Shown: positions 55,024 to 63,990 of the stretch, one piece after another
Position numbering within the stretch: position 1 is the stretch's first letter
How the letters are laid out: every line of letters starts with the position of its first letter
Source: a virus
Lineage: Duplodnaviria; Caudoviricetes
Length of the DNA: 64,000 nucleotides
IMG/VR virus record: IMGVR_UViG_2974702911_000001
Coordinates: 12,076 to 76,075 of that record
Strand: one strand, 5' to 3'
The notes under the pieces: generated by a model
The model's database searches: none
What the model saw: only the letters and a program-made list of their open reading frames with translations
What the model was told of the DNA's origin: nothing
Program-made: the position numbers and the translations under genes

Positions 55024-55182
55024 CTACCGATCTGGACTCGCCCAGAAGTCACCCTTACCGGTGACCTTCCAGAACCACGCCTTAACCTTAAAGTAAACAC
55101 CGACCGGCCAAAGGATAATCGCTAAGCCCTTCCAGCCCGGTTCCTCGTAAGGCTTATCGCTATTAGGCTTGTACTTAGTCAT
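55024..55182 (-). CDS. Small membrane-associated protein (52 aa)
   Basis: ORF MTKYKPNS... with a hydrophobic Trp-rich middle. Confidence 0.55.
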   Translation of the reverse strand: MTKYKPNSDKPYEEPGWKGLAIILWPVGVYFKVKAWFWKVTGKGDFWASPDR

Positions 55183-55405
55183 GCTCATTCCACCTTTCTC
55201 CTGCGTATGTCGGATCGAACCATGAGGGTGCGATATCGGTATCGGGGTAGCGTTGGCGTATCTCGTCCATGCGTGGCTGTACGCGTTCGACGTACTGCGC
55301 GTAGTGGTGCTCGCATCGCGGGTACGTCAGGCCGGAGCCTGAGAGGGCGTAATACTCGCTCACGTCCCCCTGACACGCTCCGGTGTGGGAATCCAAGCAG
55401 TCCAC
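55175..55405 (-). CDS. Hypothetical Cys/His protein
   Basis: GTG after RBS aaaggagg. Confidence 0.65.
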   Translation of the reverse strand: MDCLDSHTGACQGDVSEYYALSGSGLTYPRCEHHYAQYVERVQPRMDEIRQRYPDTDIAPSWFDPTYAGERWNEHD

Positions 55406-55433
55406 GGTACTACCTCCTTTTGTCACTGTGACG

Positions 55434-56294
55434 TTAAGACGCCTGCATGAGGCCAAGTTGCTTGAGAATCATGGGGACGAACTGCCCCGCCTGGCGGTCG
55501 TGCGTGATGCACGGAATGTAAATGCTGTACGGGGGAAAGTCGTCCATGTCCGCAGCGTTGTTCACGCAGGAGCCGTAGCCGCCGCGCGGATGGATACCGC
55601 ACGCCCGGCGCACGTCCGCTTCGTGCGTGTGCATTGCGTTGAAGATGTGCGCCCGCAGGAATGAGGCGTGCGTCAGTGCGTACATGAAGGTTGACACGTC
55701 GAACGCTTGCCCGGCGCTCTTGAGCTTGATAGCGGTCCGCGCGTAATACTTAACGTCGCCGTATCCGCTAACGTTCATGTCCACCCAGATTTCAGCCTGC
55801 ATACCCTGAGTTTCGATTGCCTCAACTAGAGCCATCATTGCTAAGCCGTTTTCCTTAATGGCCTTAGCGCTGATCATGCAGTTGTAGGTGATGTTCATGA
55901 TGAGGGCAACGATCTTGTTCTGACCGGGTTCCTCAATCATTTCGCTAGCCACCATGCACTCCGGCTCGCCGCTGACGTACCGGCCCATGTCCACGTAGCC
56001 ACCGGCAACGTCGTACATGTCCTGGTACACGTCGCGGTGAAGCTCACCGGCCACCTGGGCTACCTTGTGGTGTGCAATCTTGATTGCCTGTACGCCGTCG
56101 CGGGGGAGTCCCTTACGGGCGAGGTCGTCGGCCTCTTTCATGTTCTCCACGCCGTAGAAGCTCGGCCCGTTCTCGGCCATGTGTGCGGAGCGGTGATCCT
56201 TCTTGAGGTTGTGGTCGATGAGGTCAGTGAAGCTGTCGAACAGCACCACGGAGCGCTTCGTGCCGTCGTCCTCGTTGGTCCGGTAAGTACGCAT
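55434..56294 (-). CDS. MoxR-AAA partner-like (vWA-like) protein, paralog 1
   Basis: GGYVDMGRYVSGEPECM motif shared with 59113-59940. Confidence 0.75.
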   Translation of the reverse strand: MRTYRTNEDDGTKRSVVLFDSFTDLIDHNLKKDHRSAHMAENGPSFYGVENMKEADDLARKGLPRDGVQAIKIAHHKVAQVAGELHRDVYQDMYDVAGGYVDMGRYVSGEPECMVASEMIEEPGQNKIVALIMNITYNCMISAKAIKENGLAMMALVEAIETQGMQAEIWVDMNVSGYGDVKYYARTAIKLKSAGQAFDVSTFMYALTHASFLRAHIFNAMHTHEADVRRACGIHPRGGYGSCVNNAADMDDFPPYSIYIPCITHDRQAGQFVPMILKQLGLMQAS

Positions 56295-56363
56295 GATTAA
56301 GCCACCTTTGCTTTAGCAGGAATTGCTTGGAAGTTTGTTTGAGGGAGTCAGACCGGGGACCCG

Positions 56364-56744
56364 TTAAAGGTCCCCGGCCCGCTCTACCATTTCGATCACC
56401 TTGGCGGGCACGGAGAGGGTGTCTCCGTTCCCGTCTGCGCCGCCAGTCACCACAACCACACCGCGCAGGTGATCGACGCCCCTCGCGTCAGCGTTGAGGC
56501 TCCACCACAGAGCCGTCGCCTTGACGTTGACGGGCTGATTGCGAAGTTTACCCTCTTCGTTGCAGAAAAAGGTCACGTCAGCCATGTACTGCTCCGGGTC
56601 GCGTGTCCACCCGTAGACACCTTCGATGTAGCCACCCACGTAGCCCTGTAGTGCGCGGAGTTCTCCGTCGCGGGCAATGTCCGTGAGTTCCATCGTGTCG
56701 TCGGGGCTGATGACCAGTGCTCGGAGGTCTGTCTGCTTGCTCAT
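56364..56744 (-). CDS. DUF3846-like protein
   Basis: LQGYVGGYIE...NEEGKL...N..AT motif. Confidence 0.8.
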   Translation of the reverse strand: MSKQTDLRALVISPDDTMELTDIARDGELRALQGYVGGYIEGVYGWTRDPEQYMADVTFFCNEEGKLRNQPVNVKATALWWSLNADARGVDHLRGVVVVTGGADGNGDTLSVPAKVIEMVERAGDL

Positions 56745-56751
56745 GCCGACT

Positions 56752-56781
56752 ACGTTACACGGCGTGACCGATAGGTGTCAA
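56752..56781 (-). promoter_or_regulatory. Leftward promoter (leaderless)
   Basis: TTGACA-18-TAACGT, CGGTCACG in spacer. Confidence 0.75.
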
Positions 56782-56784
56782 CCC

Positions 56785-57021
56785 TCAGTCAGAAAATTCT
56801 TCTGACACCGAAAAGCGCGGGGTCTTGCCGACTAACACGTTCTGCAATGTTCCACGCGGGAAGCCGGTTGCGTTACCAAGCTCGTTATAAGAGTAACCGT
56901 TTTCCTTAGCGTCTCTTACGCATTGGTAAAGCGCGAGTATGTCACGCGTGATTTGTTCCGCGCGCTCGCGTATGTCCGACAATGTGGCGTCAGTAGTCAC
57001 GCTCGGAGAGTACACGTTCAC
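56785..57021 (-). CDS. HTH DNA-binding protein
   Basis: YSYNELGNATGFPRGTLQNVL; start uncertain. Confidence 0.6.
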   Translation of the reverse strand: MNVYSPSVTTDATLSDIRERAEQITRDILALYQCVRDAKENGYSYNELGNATGFPRGTLQNVLVGKTPRFSVSEEFSD

Positions 57022-57184
57022 CGTCGCTTACCTGCCTTAGTCGTGAGTCGATGTGATCTATTCGCTTCTGGCGGGCAGTGATTTCCTGCACTAGCCGGAT
57101 GCGTTCAGTGGTTAGTTTCTGCCGCTCCTGGGCGAGCATGAGTGCTGCGGCGCTGTCGGGGATGTTGTTAAGGACGTTAGCCAT
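56990..57184 (-). CDS. Coiled-coil hypothetical protein
   Basis: ORF in leftward operon. Confidence 0.6.
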   Translation of the reverse strand: MANVLNNIPDSAAALMLAQERQKLTTERIRLVQEITARQKRIDHIDSRLRQVSDGERVLSERDY

Positions 57185-57268
57185 TCGTAAGGACTCCTAG
57201 TAGTGACTTAGCGGGCCGTCCACACTCGGACGACCCGCTCGGCCCTCCCACGTACAGGGTAGGGCACA

Positions 57269-57559
57269 TCACGCCTGCTCAGGCGTTTCCTCCCACGACT
57301 CCGCGATGGCCTGGGCCAGGTGCCGGAAGTACGGCAACGGGTCCTGGTTGAGAAAATCCAGCCTGACCAGCGTGTTCTTGATTACTAGCTGCTCCGCAGC
57401 AGACACCGACTTGGCCGCGAGCACGACCACAGGCATGGGCACCATGTGCGTCGTCCAGAACTTGCCGGGCGTGTCGCAGGAGAACAGGTGGTCCTCCGGC
57501 TCTATGCCCTTCTCGTCTAGGTAGGTGTCCAGCCAGTTTGCGAACGCGGCCATGATCAC
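57269..57559 (-). CDS. Hypothetical protein
   Basis: GTG after gaaggga. Confidence 0.65.
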   Translation of the reverse strand: MIMAAFANWLDTYLDEKGIEPEDHLFSCDTPGKFWTTHMVPMPVVVLAAKSVSAAEQLVIKNTLVRLDFLNQDPLPYFRHLAQAIAESWEETPEQA

Positions 57560-57705
57560 GCTCCCTTCGGGTAGGCGATACCGAACAGGGGCGCGTGCTT
57601 GGGGTTCCCGCACTGGCAGGTACCCACGGTGGGTAGTCCTCCGGTGACGAGTGCGAGCACAGCGGTCACAAAGATTTCGTGCGCCTGGCGCTGCCAGTCC
57701 AACAT
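57556..57705 (-). CDS. Small hypothetical protein (49 aa)
   Basis: RBS aaggga; GTGA overlap. Confidence 0.5.
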   Translation of the reverse strand: MLDWQRQAHEIFVTAVLALVTGGLPTVGTCQCGNPKHAPLFGIAYPKGA

Positions 57706-57706
57706 G

Positions 57707-57892
57707 TCATGCTCCCTTCATTGCGGCATTGGCGAGTGACTTGAGTCCGACCTTGGATTTCGTGGGCGCGAGGCGCACTTTGGGCTGCGGGTGCGGCTCA
57801 TTCGGGAATGAGTAGCTGATAGTGCCGTCCTCGGCCTGGTGCATCAATGTCAATCCCGTTGGGGAAACCCAGATGATCTTTCCTGCTGTCAT
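57707..57892 (-). CDS. Hypothetical protein
   Basis: Leaderless ATG 6 nt after -10. Confidence 0.6.
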   Translation of the reverse strand: MTAGKIIWVSPTGLTLMHQAEDGTISYSFPNEPHPQPKVRLAPTKSKVGLKSLANAAMKGA

Positions 57893-57898
57893 GGCAAT

Positions 57899-57927
57899 AA
57901 CGTACATGCCGTGACCGACAGTGTCAA
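57899..57927 (-). promoter_or_regulatory. Leftward promoter
   Basis: TTGACA-17-TACGTT, CGGTCACGGCATG spacer. Confidence 0.75.
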
Positions 57928-58179
57928 CAGGCAGATTTCACGCGGTGACTGCTGCTCGGAATCTAACCGCAATTTCTCAATAGCGCAATGTCGGGGGCGC
58001 GCGCGGGGGTCGGGCGTCGTGCCTGGTCAGGGGCTTAGGCGCGGTCGGGAACCGAGCAGCACCCACGGCAGGCGGGCCGGATCGGGCTAAGGGGTAGGCT
58101 GACCTCGCTTAAGGCGCTAAGGGGCGGCTGGCCTGGGCCGGAACCGAGCAGCACACACCAAACGGGACGGAGTTAGCTA

Positions 58180-58635
58180 ATGGGCAGAGGTCGCGGCGGC
58201 GGGGGACGCGGCGGGGGAGCATCCCCTAATCCCCTAACGGACCCTAATCTTACGGCTGACCTTGTTAACGATAGGGCAGCGGTGGACGCACAAGCGGACA
58301 CGCCTAGCGCGGATAAGGCAGCGGAGAACTTAGGTTTGCAGGACGACGCTAAGGACGACTTTGTTAACGGCGCTGACGCAACCGGTAAGGACCTAAACAA
58401 CAAAACTCCGGAGCAAGCATTAAGCGCACACACCGCGCGCGTTAAAGCGTACGAACGCAAATATGGACGCTATGCGGCAAGGGCATACGCAAGCGGAGGT
58501 TATTGGTCGCTTATTCGCGCGATAAAGACTGCAATGGCTGTAAGCGCTACGGCTACTAGTGCCCCGGCAGCGCCAGCGCTGGCAGCGGTAAACGCGAGTC
58601 TGATAGCTGCTTACTGGTTGGGTAAGACCAACTAG
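58180..58635 (+). CDS. Hypothetical protein with MGRGRGGG N terminus
   Basis: RBS ggag; only rightward ORF in the arm; AT-richer codons. Confidence 0.55.
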   Translation: MGRGRGGGGRGGGASPNPLTDPNLTADLVNDRAAVDAQADTPSADKAAENLGLQDDAKDDFVNGADATGKDLNNKTPEQALSAHTARVKAYERKYGRYAARAYASGGYWSLIRAIKTAMAVSATATSAPAAPALAAVNASLIAAYWLGKTN

Positions 58636-59112
58636 CGCCCAGGAGCGCGGACACGATACGAGCAGCATGGTAGTGCCAACCGGTTACGCGGAGCGGAGCG
58701 CGCTAAGCACGCGTTAGGAGCCTTAGCGCCAGGAGCGCGCCAGCGTGCCGGAGCTGCTTGGTTTCTCACCTGGGAAGCGCCCAGGAGCGCGGCTAGCGCG
58801 GCCCAGGAGCACAGCGCCCAGGAGCCACGCGCGTAAGCACGCGTTAGGAGCGCCCAGGAGCGCCGTAGGGACACGCAAGCGGACACCGCACACAACGGAG
58901 CGCCCAGGAGCGCCAGCGCGGCCCAGCGGCCCAGGAGCGCGGCAGCGGCCCAGAAACGGCGCTGAGCGCAACGCTAAGCCACTAACGGCGCTTAGCCGGA
59001 TAGACGGTACCCAAGCGCCCAGGAGCGCACACAGGAGCGCGGCCCAGGAGCACACGCAAAAGGACCCGGCTAGCGCGGTGCTAACCGGGTCCTATGCGCC
59101 GTAGCGCGGTGC

Positions 59113-59940
59113 TCATTCGCTGAGCAGACCTAGCCGCTTGAGAACCTTACGCGTACACGCTTCGGGGTCCCGGTTGTCAGTCAGCGAGTCAATGTAAATC
59201 GCACCTTCGGGAAATTCTTCCATGTGAGTAGCGCCAGTAATGGCAGCGCCGTAGGAGCTAGGGCAACCAATCGCCTTAACCCAGCGCGCGGGCAAGTGAT
59301 GCATGGTGTGGAACATGATTGACCGGAGGTAAGAATCGTGGGTCAGCGCGTACATAAACGCGGACACGTCGAATAGTCCTCCGGCAGTCTTAAGCCTTAC
59401 AGCGGTGCGGCAAGTGACACCGCTAGCGCGCGTTTGGTCGTCAGTCCAGACTTCTACCTGAGCGCCGGTTGTAACGATTGCTTGGACAAGCGCCACAATT
59501 GCCATGCCACGGCGCTTAATCGAATCGGCCGAAATGTACGCGTTATGCGACACGCTGACCACAAGCGTAATGATTGGCCGAACCTGCTCCGTTTCTGCCA
59601 ATTCGTAGGCAACCATGCACTCAGGTTCTCCGGACACGTAGCGGCCCATATCGACGTAAGCGCCAGCGGTGTCCATGTAGTTATCAAAGGTGACAGTCTT
59701 AAGCGCGTGATTGTGCTGGTTGGCAGAAGCGAAGTTGATTGCCGCTAGTCCTGCGCTGGGCAGTCCCTTACGCGCGATTGCGTACGCTTCTGGCATGTCC
59801 TTAGCGCCATAGAAGCTGTGATTGCCGTATTCCCGCATTTCTTTTGACCGGTAGTCCTTACCGGCAGCATTGAAGTCGATTAGCTCAGTCAGCGAGTCAA
59901 AGAACAGACTCGCATGGTTGCCGTTCTGGTTGGCGCGCAT
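59113..59940 (-). CDS. MoxR-AAA partner-like (vWA-like) protein, paralog 2
   Basis: GAYVDMGRYVSGEPECM; RBS acggagg. Confidence 0.75.
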   Translation of the reverse strand: MRANQNGNHASLFFDSLTELIDFNAAGKDYRSKEMREYGNHSFYGAKDMPEAYAIARKGLPSAGLAAINFASANQHNHALKTVTFDNYMDTAGAYVDMGRYVSGEPECMVAYELAETEQVRPIITLVVSVSHNAYISADSIKRRGMAIVALVQAIVTTGAQVEVWTDDQTRASGVTCRTAVRLKTAGGLFDVSAFMYALTHDSYLRSIMFHTMHHLPARWVKAIGCPSSYGAAITGATHMEEFPEGAIYIDSLTDNRDPEACTRKVLKRLGLLSE

Positions 59941-59981
59941 GGTGGTCCTCCGTGGTGTGGTGTGGTGCGGTGCTGAGTGGC

Positions 59982-60010
59982 ACGTTACACGCCGTGACCG
60001 GAGCGCGCAA
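59982..60010 (-). promoter_or_regulatory. Leftward promoter
   Basis: TTGCGC-17-TAACGT, CGGTCACGGCGTG spacer. Confidence 0.7.
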
Positions 60011-60387
60011 GCGGAATCACTAACGGCGCTTAGGAGCCTTAGCGCCAGCGGCCCAGGAGCCGTGACGGAGCTGCTTGGTTTCACTCCTGGCAGCGCCCAG
60101 GAGCGCGCTAAGCGTCGCTTAGGCACACACGCCCAGGAGCCACGCGTTAGCGCGGCAGGAGCGCACACAGCGCCCAGGAACACACGCCCAGGAGCGAAGC
60201 GCCCAGGAACACAGCGCCAGCGCGGCCCAGGAGCGCCCAGGAGCGCCGTTAGGCACACACACGCCCAGGAGCGCCAGCGCTAGCGCCGTAGGAGCGCACA
60301 CAGCGCCAGGAGCGCGGCCCAGGAGCCACACAGCAAGGGACCCGGCTACCTGAGCGGCAACCGGGTCCCTGTGCGGTGCAGGAGCGC

Positions 60388-61596
60388 TTACGCGCTGACC
60401 TTGCCCCAAGCGGCATCATCCATGCCCTTACGGAGCGTCCAAGCAACGGCGTCGTCCCAATCGACTTGCTGTGCCAGGAGCGCCGCCATGTTCTGCGAAG
60501 CGCGCGGAGACACGACAACTCCGGCGATTGCTTCGCGCTTGACGTTGGCGCGGACACGCTGCACGTAAGCCACGGCGCGCTTAGTCACGTCCACCGGAGC
60601 ACCTTCGGCAAGCGCCGCTTGCAATTCGATGTTTTCGTCAATGTCCCACCAAATTGCGACGAAACGGTCCTTAAATTCCGCGCTGAACTTCTGCGCTGCC
60701 GGGAATTCCCACGTAGGACCGTCACCCCACGTATTTGTGGCAGCGACCATAACGTGCTTATCGGTCAACTTGACGGTTTCACGGTTCGGGAACGTAATCC
60801 ACCGGTTGCTCAGGAGTGAGTTAAGCGCCGCTTGGATACCCGCGTGGCTACGGTCCAATTCATCGTTAAGCAGGACACCGCCATTGGGGTTAGTTGCCCA
60901 ATCGTAGACAACGGTCCAAACGAATTCGCCGGTAGCGGACATGTAACCCTTAAGCTCGCTAGCGGTGCTTTGCAGGTGGTAGCCAATGCTGTAGAAGTCG
61001 ATACCCAGCGCTTCGGCAACCTGGGCGCAAACGTGAGTCTTACCGGTTCCCGGAGGACCCACAAGCTGCACGTTACGGCGCGCGGCGATTGCCTTAAGCA
61101 GCTTGTCGAAGTCCTTATGAGTCACGCCGTCAATTTCGCGCGTCTCGTTATCGGCAACCACAATCGTCCGCTCAGGCATAACCACACCTTCGATAACTTC
61201 GCGGGCAATGTCCTTAACCTGCTCAGCGTCGATTTGCGGAGTACCCAGAACCTTAAGCAGCAAGTCCCGGAGCGCGGACATTTCGTCAGCGCTGCCAGCG
61301 CCGTTACCGGCAGGAGCCGGGACAATCTCGGAATCGCTGCCGTTGTCCTGCTCAGGAGCAGGAGCAGGAGCAGGGACCTCCGTGCCGTTGTGCGTGCCGT
61401 TCTGCTCCGTGCAGACGTGCAGGTAGGTCAGCGGAATCGTCTCACCCTGTGCAATGCTCAGCGTTGCTTTGGTGGCGATAACGCGGTGCTCCGCGCCGTT
61501 CTGGTCGGTTGCCGCGTAGAACGGACCGCTATTGCCGCACTTCGGGCAAGCGGAGCGCATAGCGCGGATGCTGACCTTGGTAAGGGACTCAATCAT
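60388..61596 (-). CDS. AAA+ ATPase (MoxR/CbbQ-like) with N-terminal zinc ribbon
   Basis: GPPGTGKT Walker A, LNDELD Walker B, AATN sensor 1, KDRF Arg finger. Confidence 0.9.
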   Translation of the reverse strand: MIESLTKVSIRAMRSACPKCGNSGPFYAATDQNGAEHRVIATKATLSIAQGETIPLTYLHVCTEQNGTHNGTEVPAPAPAPEQDNGSDSEIVPAPAGNGAGSADEMSALRDLLLKVLGTPQIDAEQVKDIAREVIEGVVMPERTIVVADNETREIDGVTHKDFDKLLKAIAARRNVQLVGPPGTGKTHVCAQVAEALGIDFYSIGYHLQSTASELKGYMSATGEFVWTVVYDWATNPNGGVLLNDELDRSHAGIQAALNSLLSNRWITFPNRETVKLTDKHVMVAATNTWGDGPTWEFPAAQKFSAEFKDRFVAIWWDIDENIELQAALAEGAPVDVTKRAVAYVQRVRANVKREAIAGVVVSPRASQNMAALLAQQVDWDDAVAWTLRKGMDDAAWGKVSA

Positions 61597-61651
61597 TTTG
61601 GACCTCCGTGGTGTGTGCGCTGGTTGGGCGCTGCGGTGACTGACAGGAGCG

Positions 61652-61680
61652 ACGTTACACGCCGTGACCGGTAAGCGCAA
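61652..61680 (-). promoter_or_regulatory. Leftward promoter
   Basis: TTGCGC-17-TAACGT, CGGTCACGGCGTG spacer. Confidence 0.7.
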
Positions 61681-62094
61681 CACTAAGTTTCACGCGGTGA
61701 CCGATAAGCACGCTGACCAGCGCGTTAAGGGTCCTTAGCGGTGTGTCGCTTAGCGCCGTTTAGCGGTGTGGCACGGCCATGCTGCTCGTATCCGTTGCAC
61801 ACGCCCAGGAGCGCTAGCGGCCCAGGAGCGGCCCAGCGCTGCCGGAGCTGCTTGGTTTCACTCCTGGCAGCGGCTAAGCACGCTTAGCGCCCAGCGCCCA
61901 GCGCCCAGGAGCGCGACACCGGCGCGCGGCCCAGGAGCGCCCAGGAGCGCCCAGGAGCCTTAGCGCACACGCTGACAAGCGCCAGCGCGCTAACGGCGCT
62001 TAGAACGGCGCTCAGCGCCCAGGAACACACACGCACACAGCAAGGGACCCGGCTAGCCGTAGCCAACCGGGTCCCAGGAGCGGAGCGGAGCGCG

Positions 62095-62319
62095 TTACGC
62101 GTCAGCGCTCAGGACTGACCAGTAACCCACGTAGGACTCATCTAGTCCGTTGCGGTAGAAGTTCCCACAAGCGCCGTCAGCGTCCATAGCGGACACGTCG
62201 AAGCGCAGACCTTCTGCATACGCGCTACCGGCTAGCTCGCTGAGCGCTTCTGCCAGCGTGTCGAAGTCCTCCGCAGAGTCAACGTCGTCTGCCGGGACAA
62301 TGAACTTGAGTTCAAACAT
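62095..62319 (-). CDS. Small acidic hypothetical protein
   Basis: RBS acggagg. Confidence 0.7.
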   Translation of the reverse strand: MFELKFIVPADDVDSAEDFDTLAEALSELAGSAYAEGLRFDVSAMDADGACGNFYRNGLDESYVGYWSVLSADA

Positions 62320-62357
62320 GGGGACCTCCGTGGTGTGGTGTGGTGTGTACGTACGTC

Positions 62358-62386
62358 ACAGTACACGCCGTGACCGGTACGCGCAA
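62358..62386 (-). promoter_or_regulatory. Leftward promoter
   Basis: TTGCGC-17-TACTGT, CGGTCACGGCGTG spacer. Confidence 0.7.
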
Positions 62387-62549
62387 CACGCGCGCTAAGG
62401 ACCCGGCTAGCTGTGCCAACCGGGTCCCTGTGCAGCGCGTCAGACGTGCAGCGCCAGCGCGGCAAGTGCAGCGCCCAGGAGCACGCACAGCGCCAGGAGC
62501 GCCAGCGCGCGCCGTGACATGTAGCGCTCCGTGTGAACGCTGACCCGGT

Positions 62550-62879
62550 TCACAGCGACACCGCGCTAACGGCCCAATCGTGCATTTCGGCAATGTCGTC
62601 AGCGCTGTAATCCGTGTCCGCGCGGTGCTCCGCGTAATCGTCCATGTATTCCGTGTGCATGTCTGCAATGTCCTGCGCTACCTGCTCCGCGCTATCCGTG
62701 AACATCTGCAAACCGTCAATTTCGTCCGTTTCTGCCCAACCGTAAGCGGTGCGGATATCCACCCAAACGACATAACCGACACTTCGCAGAAACTTCGCGC
62801 GGTCCTCCGCTTCGCTGACAGTCGCATAGCACTCAGTAGCGCCGACAACGTGAACGCGGGCCTGTGCCTGTGTGAGCAT
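62550..62879 (-). CDS. Hypothetical protein
   Basis: RBS acggagg. Confidence 0.7.
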   Translation of the reverse strand: MLTQAQARVHVVGATECYATVSEAEDRAKFLRSVGYVVWVDIRTAYGWAETDEIDGLQMFTDSAEQVAQDIADMHTEYMDDYAEHRADTDYSADDIAEMHDWAVSAVSL

Positions 62880-62921
62880 TTCGTTTACCTCCGTGGTGTG
62901 GTGTGTGTGGTGACAGGAGCG

Positions 62922-62950
62922 AAGTTACACGCCGTGACCGATACGCGCAA
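62922..62950 (-). promoter_or_regulatory. Leftward promoter
   Basis: TTGCGC-17-TAACTT, CGGTCACGGCGTG spacer. Confidence 0.7.
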
Positions 62951-63728
62951 CACGTACGCGCGAAGCGCCCAGGAGCACGCCCAGGAGCCTTAGCACTAAG
63001 GGCAGTCGCTAAGCGCCGTTAAGGCAGCGCGCCAGGAGCGCAACCAAGCAGCTCCGGCAGCGCGGCAAGCATTAGCGCCCAGGAGCACGCGCGCGACTCC
63101 ACTAAGCACGCCTAAGCCATGCGACACCGCACACCGCACAGCACGCCCAGGAGCACACGCACAGGGACACCACACACACAGCGCCGTATATGCGCCCAGG
63201 AGCGCACACACACCGCACAGGGACACCACACAGCACCGCACACGCACACACCAAACACAGCGGCCCAGGAGCACGCACACACACACAGCACGCACACACA
63301 CCACACAGGGCAGCGCTACACACCACACACGCACACACTCAGCACAGCGCACAGGGACACACCACACACACGCCCAGAAGCGCCCAGGAGCCACGCACAG
63401 CGCTAAGCCACATACACGCATAGGTAAGCGCTCAGCGGAGCGCACAAGCGCACACAGCGCCAGCGCCCAATAACACACAGGGCAGCACGCGCGGGAACGT
63501 CGCAATAGCGAATATGCGAATAGCGCCCATATGCGCCCAGGAGCCAATAACCCACATATGCGGGTAAGCGCTAAGGGACACGCTAAGCACACGCACACAG
63601 GGACACACAGCGCCCAGGAGCGCACATAGCTAGGGCAGCGCTAAGCACGCCTAAGCCTTAAGCACAGGGACACGGTAAGCACGCCCCTAAGGGAACGGAC
63701 ACGCCGTAAGGACGACACGCCGATAGGG

Positions 63729-63757
63729 TTGACAATGGGTTACACGCCCTGTACCAT
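63729..63757 (+). promoter_or_regulatory. Rightward SigA-like promoter pointing across the genome end
   Basis: TTGACA-17-TACCAT. Confidence 0.7.
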
Positions 63758-63990
63758 GCCCCCGCTTAGCGTCGAGCAAACACGCTTAGGGGTTTGCTGG
63801 CCTAAGCCTAACGCATTGTTACAAATGGCGATGCCAAAAGGCCGGCTGACCTGCGGTTATGCTAAGCCTTAACGCCGTTAACCTTGTGACTAAGCACGTC
63901 GCTTAGGGTTAGCCACGATCTAGCAAAACGGCTTTGACCTGCGGTTTTACCCCCCTGGGGGGTGCGCTGGGGGGTTAGCCGCGCCCCTCC

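Larger units (their letters stand above)
58636..63625 (+). repeat. Dispersed co-oriented GCGCCCAGGAGC repeats in intergenic blocks
   Basis: About 40 copies counted by eye in blocks 58636-59052, 60045-60330, 61800-62080, 62470-62500, 62965-63625. Confidence 0.9.

Noticed and set aside
60329-62045. Further ACAGCAA units in the right arm (cacagcaaggga)
   Set aside because: Lack the enclosing TGGAC/GTCCA helix; they are the tails of terminator hairpins
58636-63625. CRISPR array
   Set aside because: Repeats are 12 bp, irregularly spaced, and separated by low-complexity related sequence rather than unique spacers; no cas genes
58632-63625. Track ORFs spanning the repeat blocks (e.g. 58723-59055, 58745-59104, 59870-60283, 62996-63625, 63119-63406)
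   Set aside because: Low-complexity translations of the repeats with no RBS; they overlap promoters and hairpins
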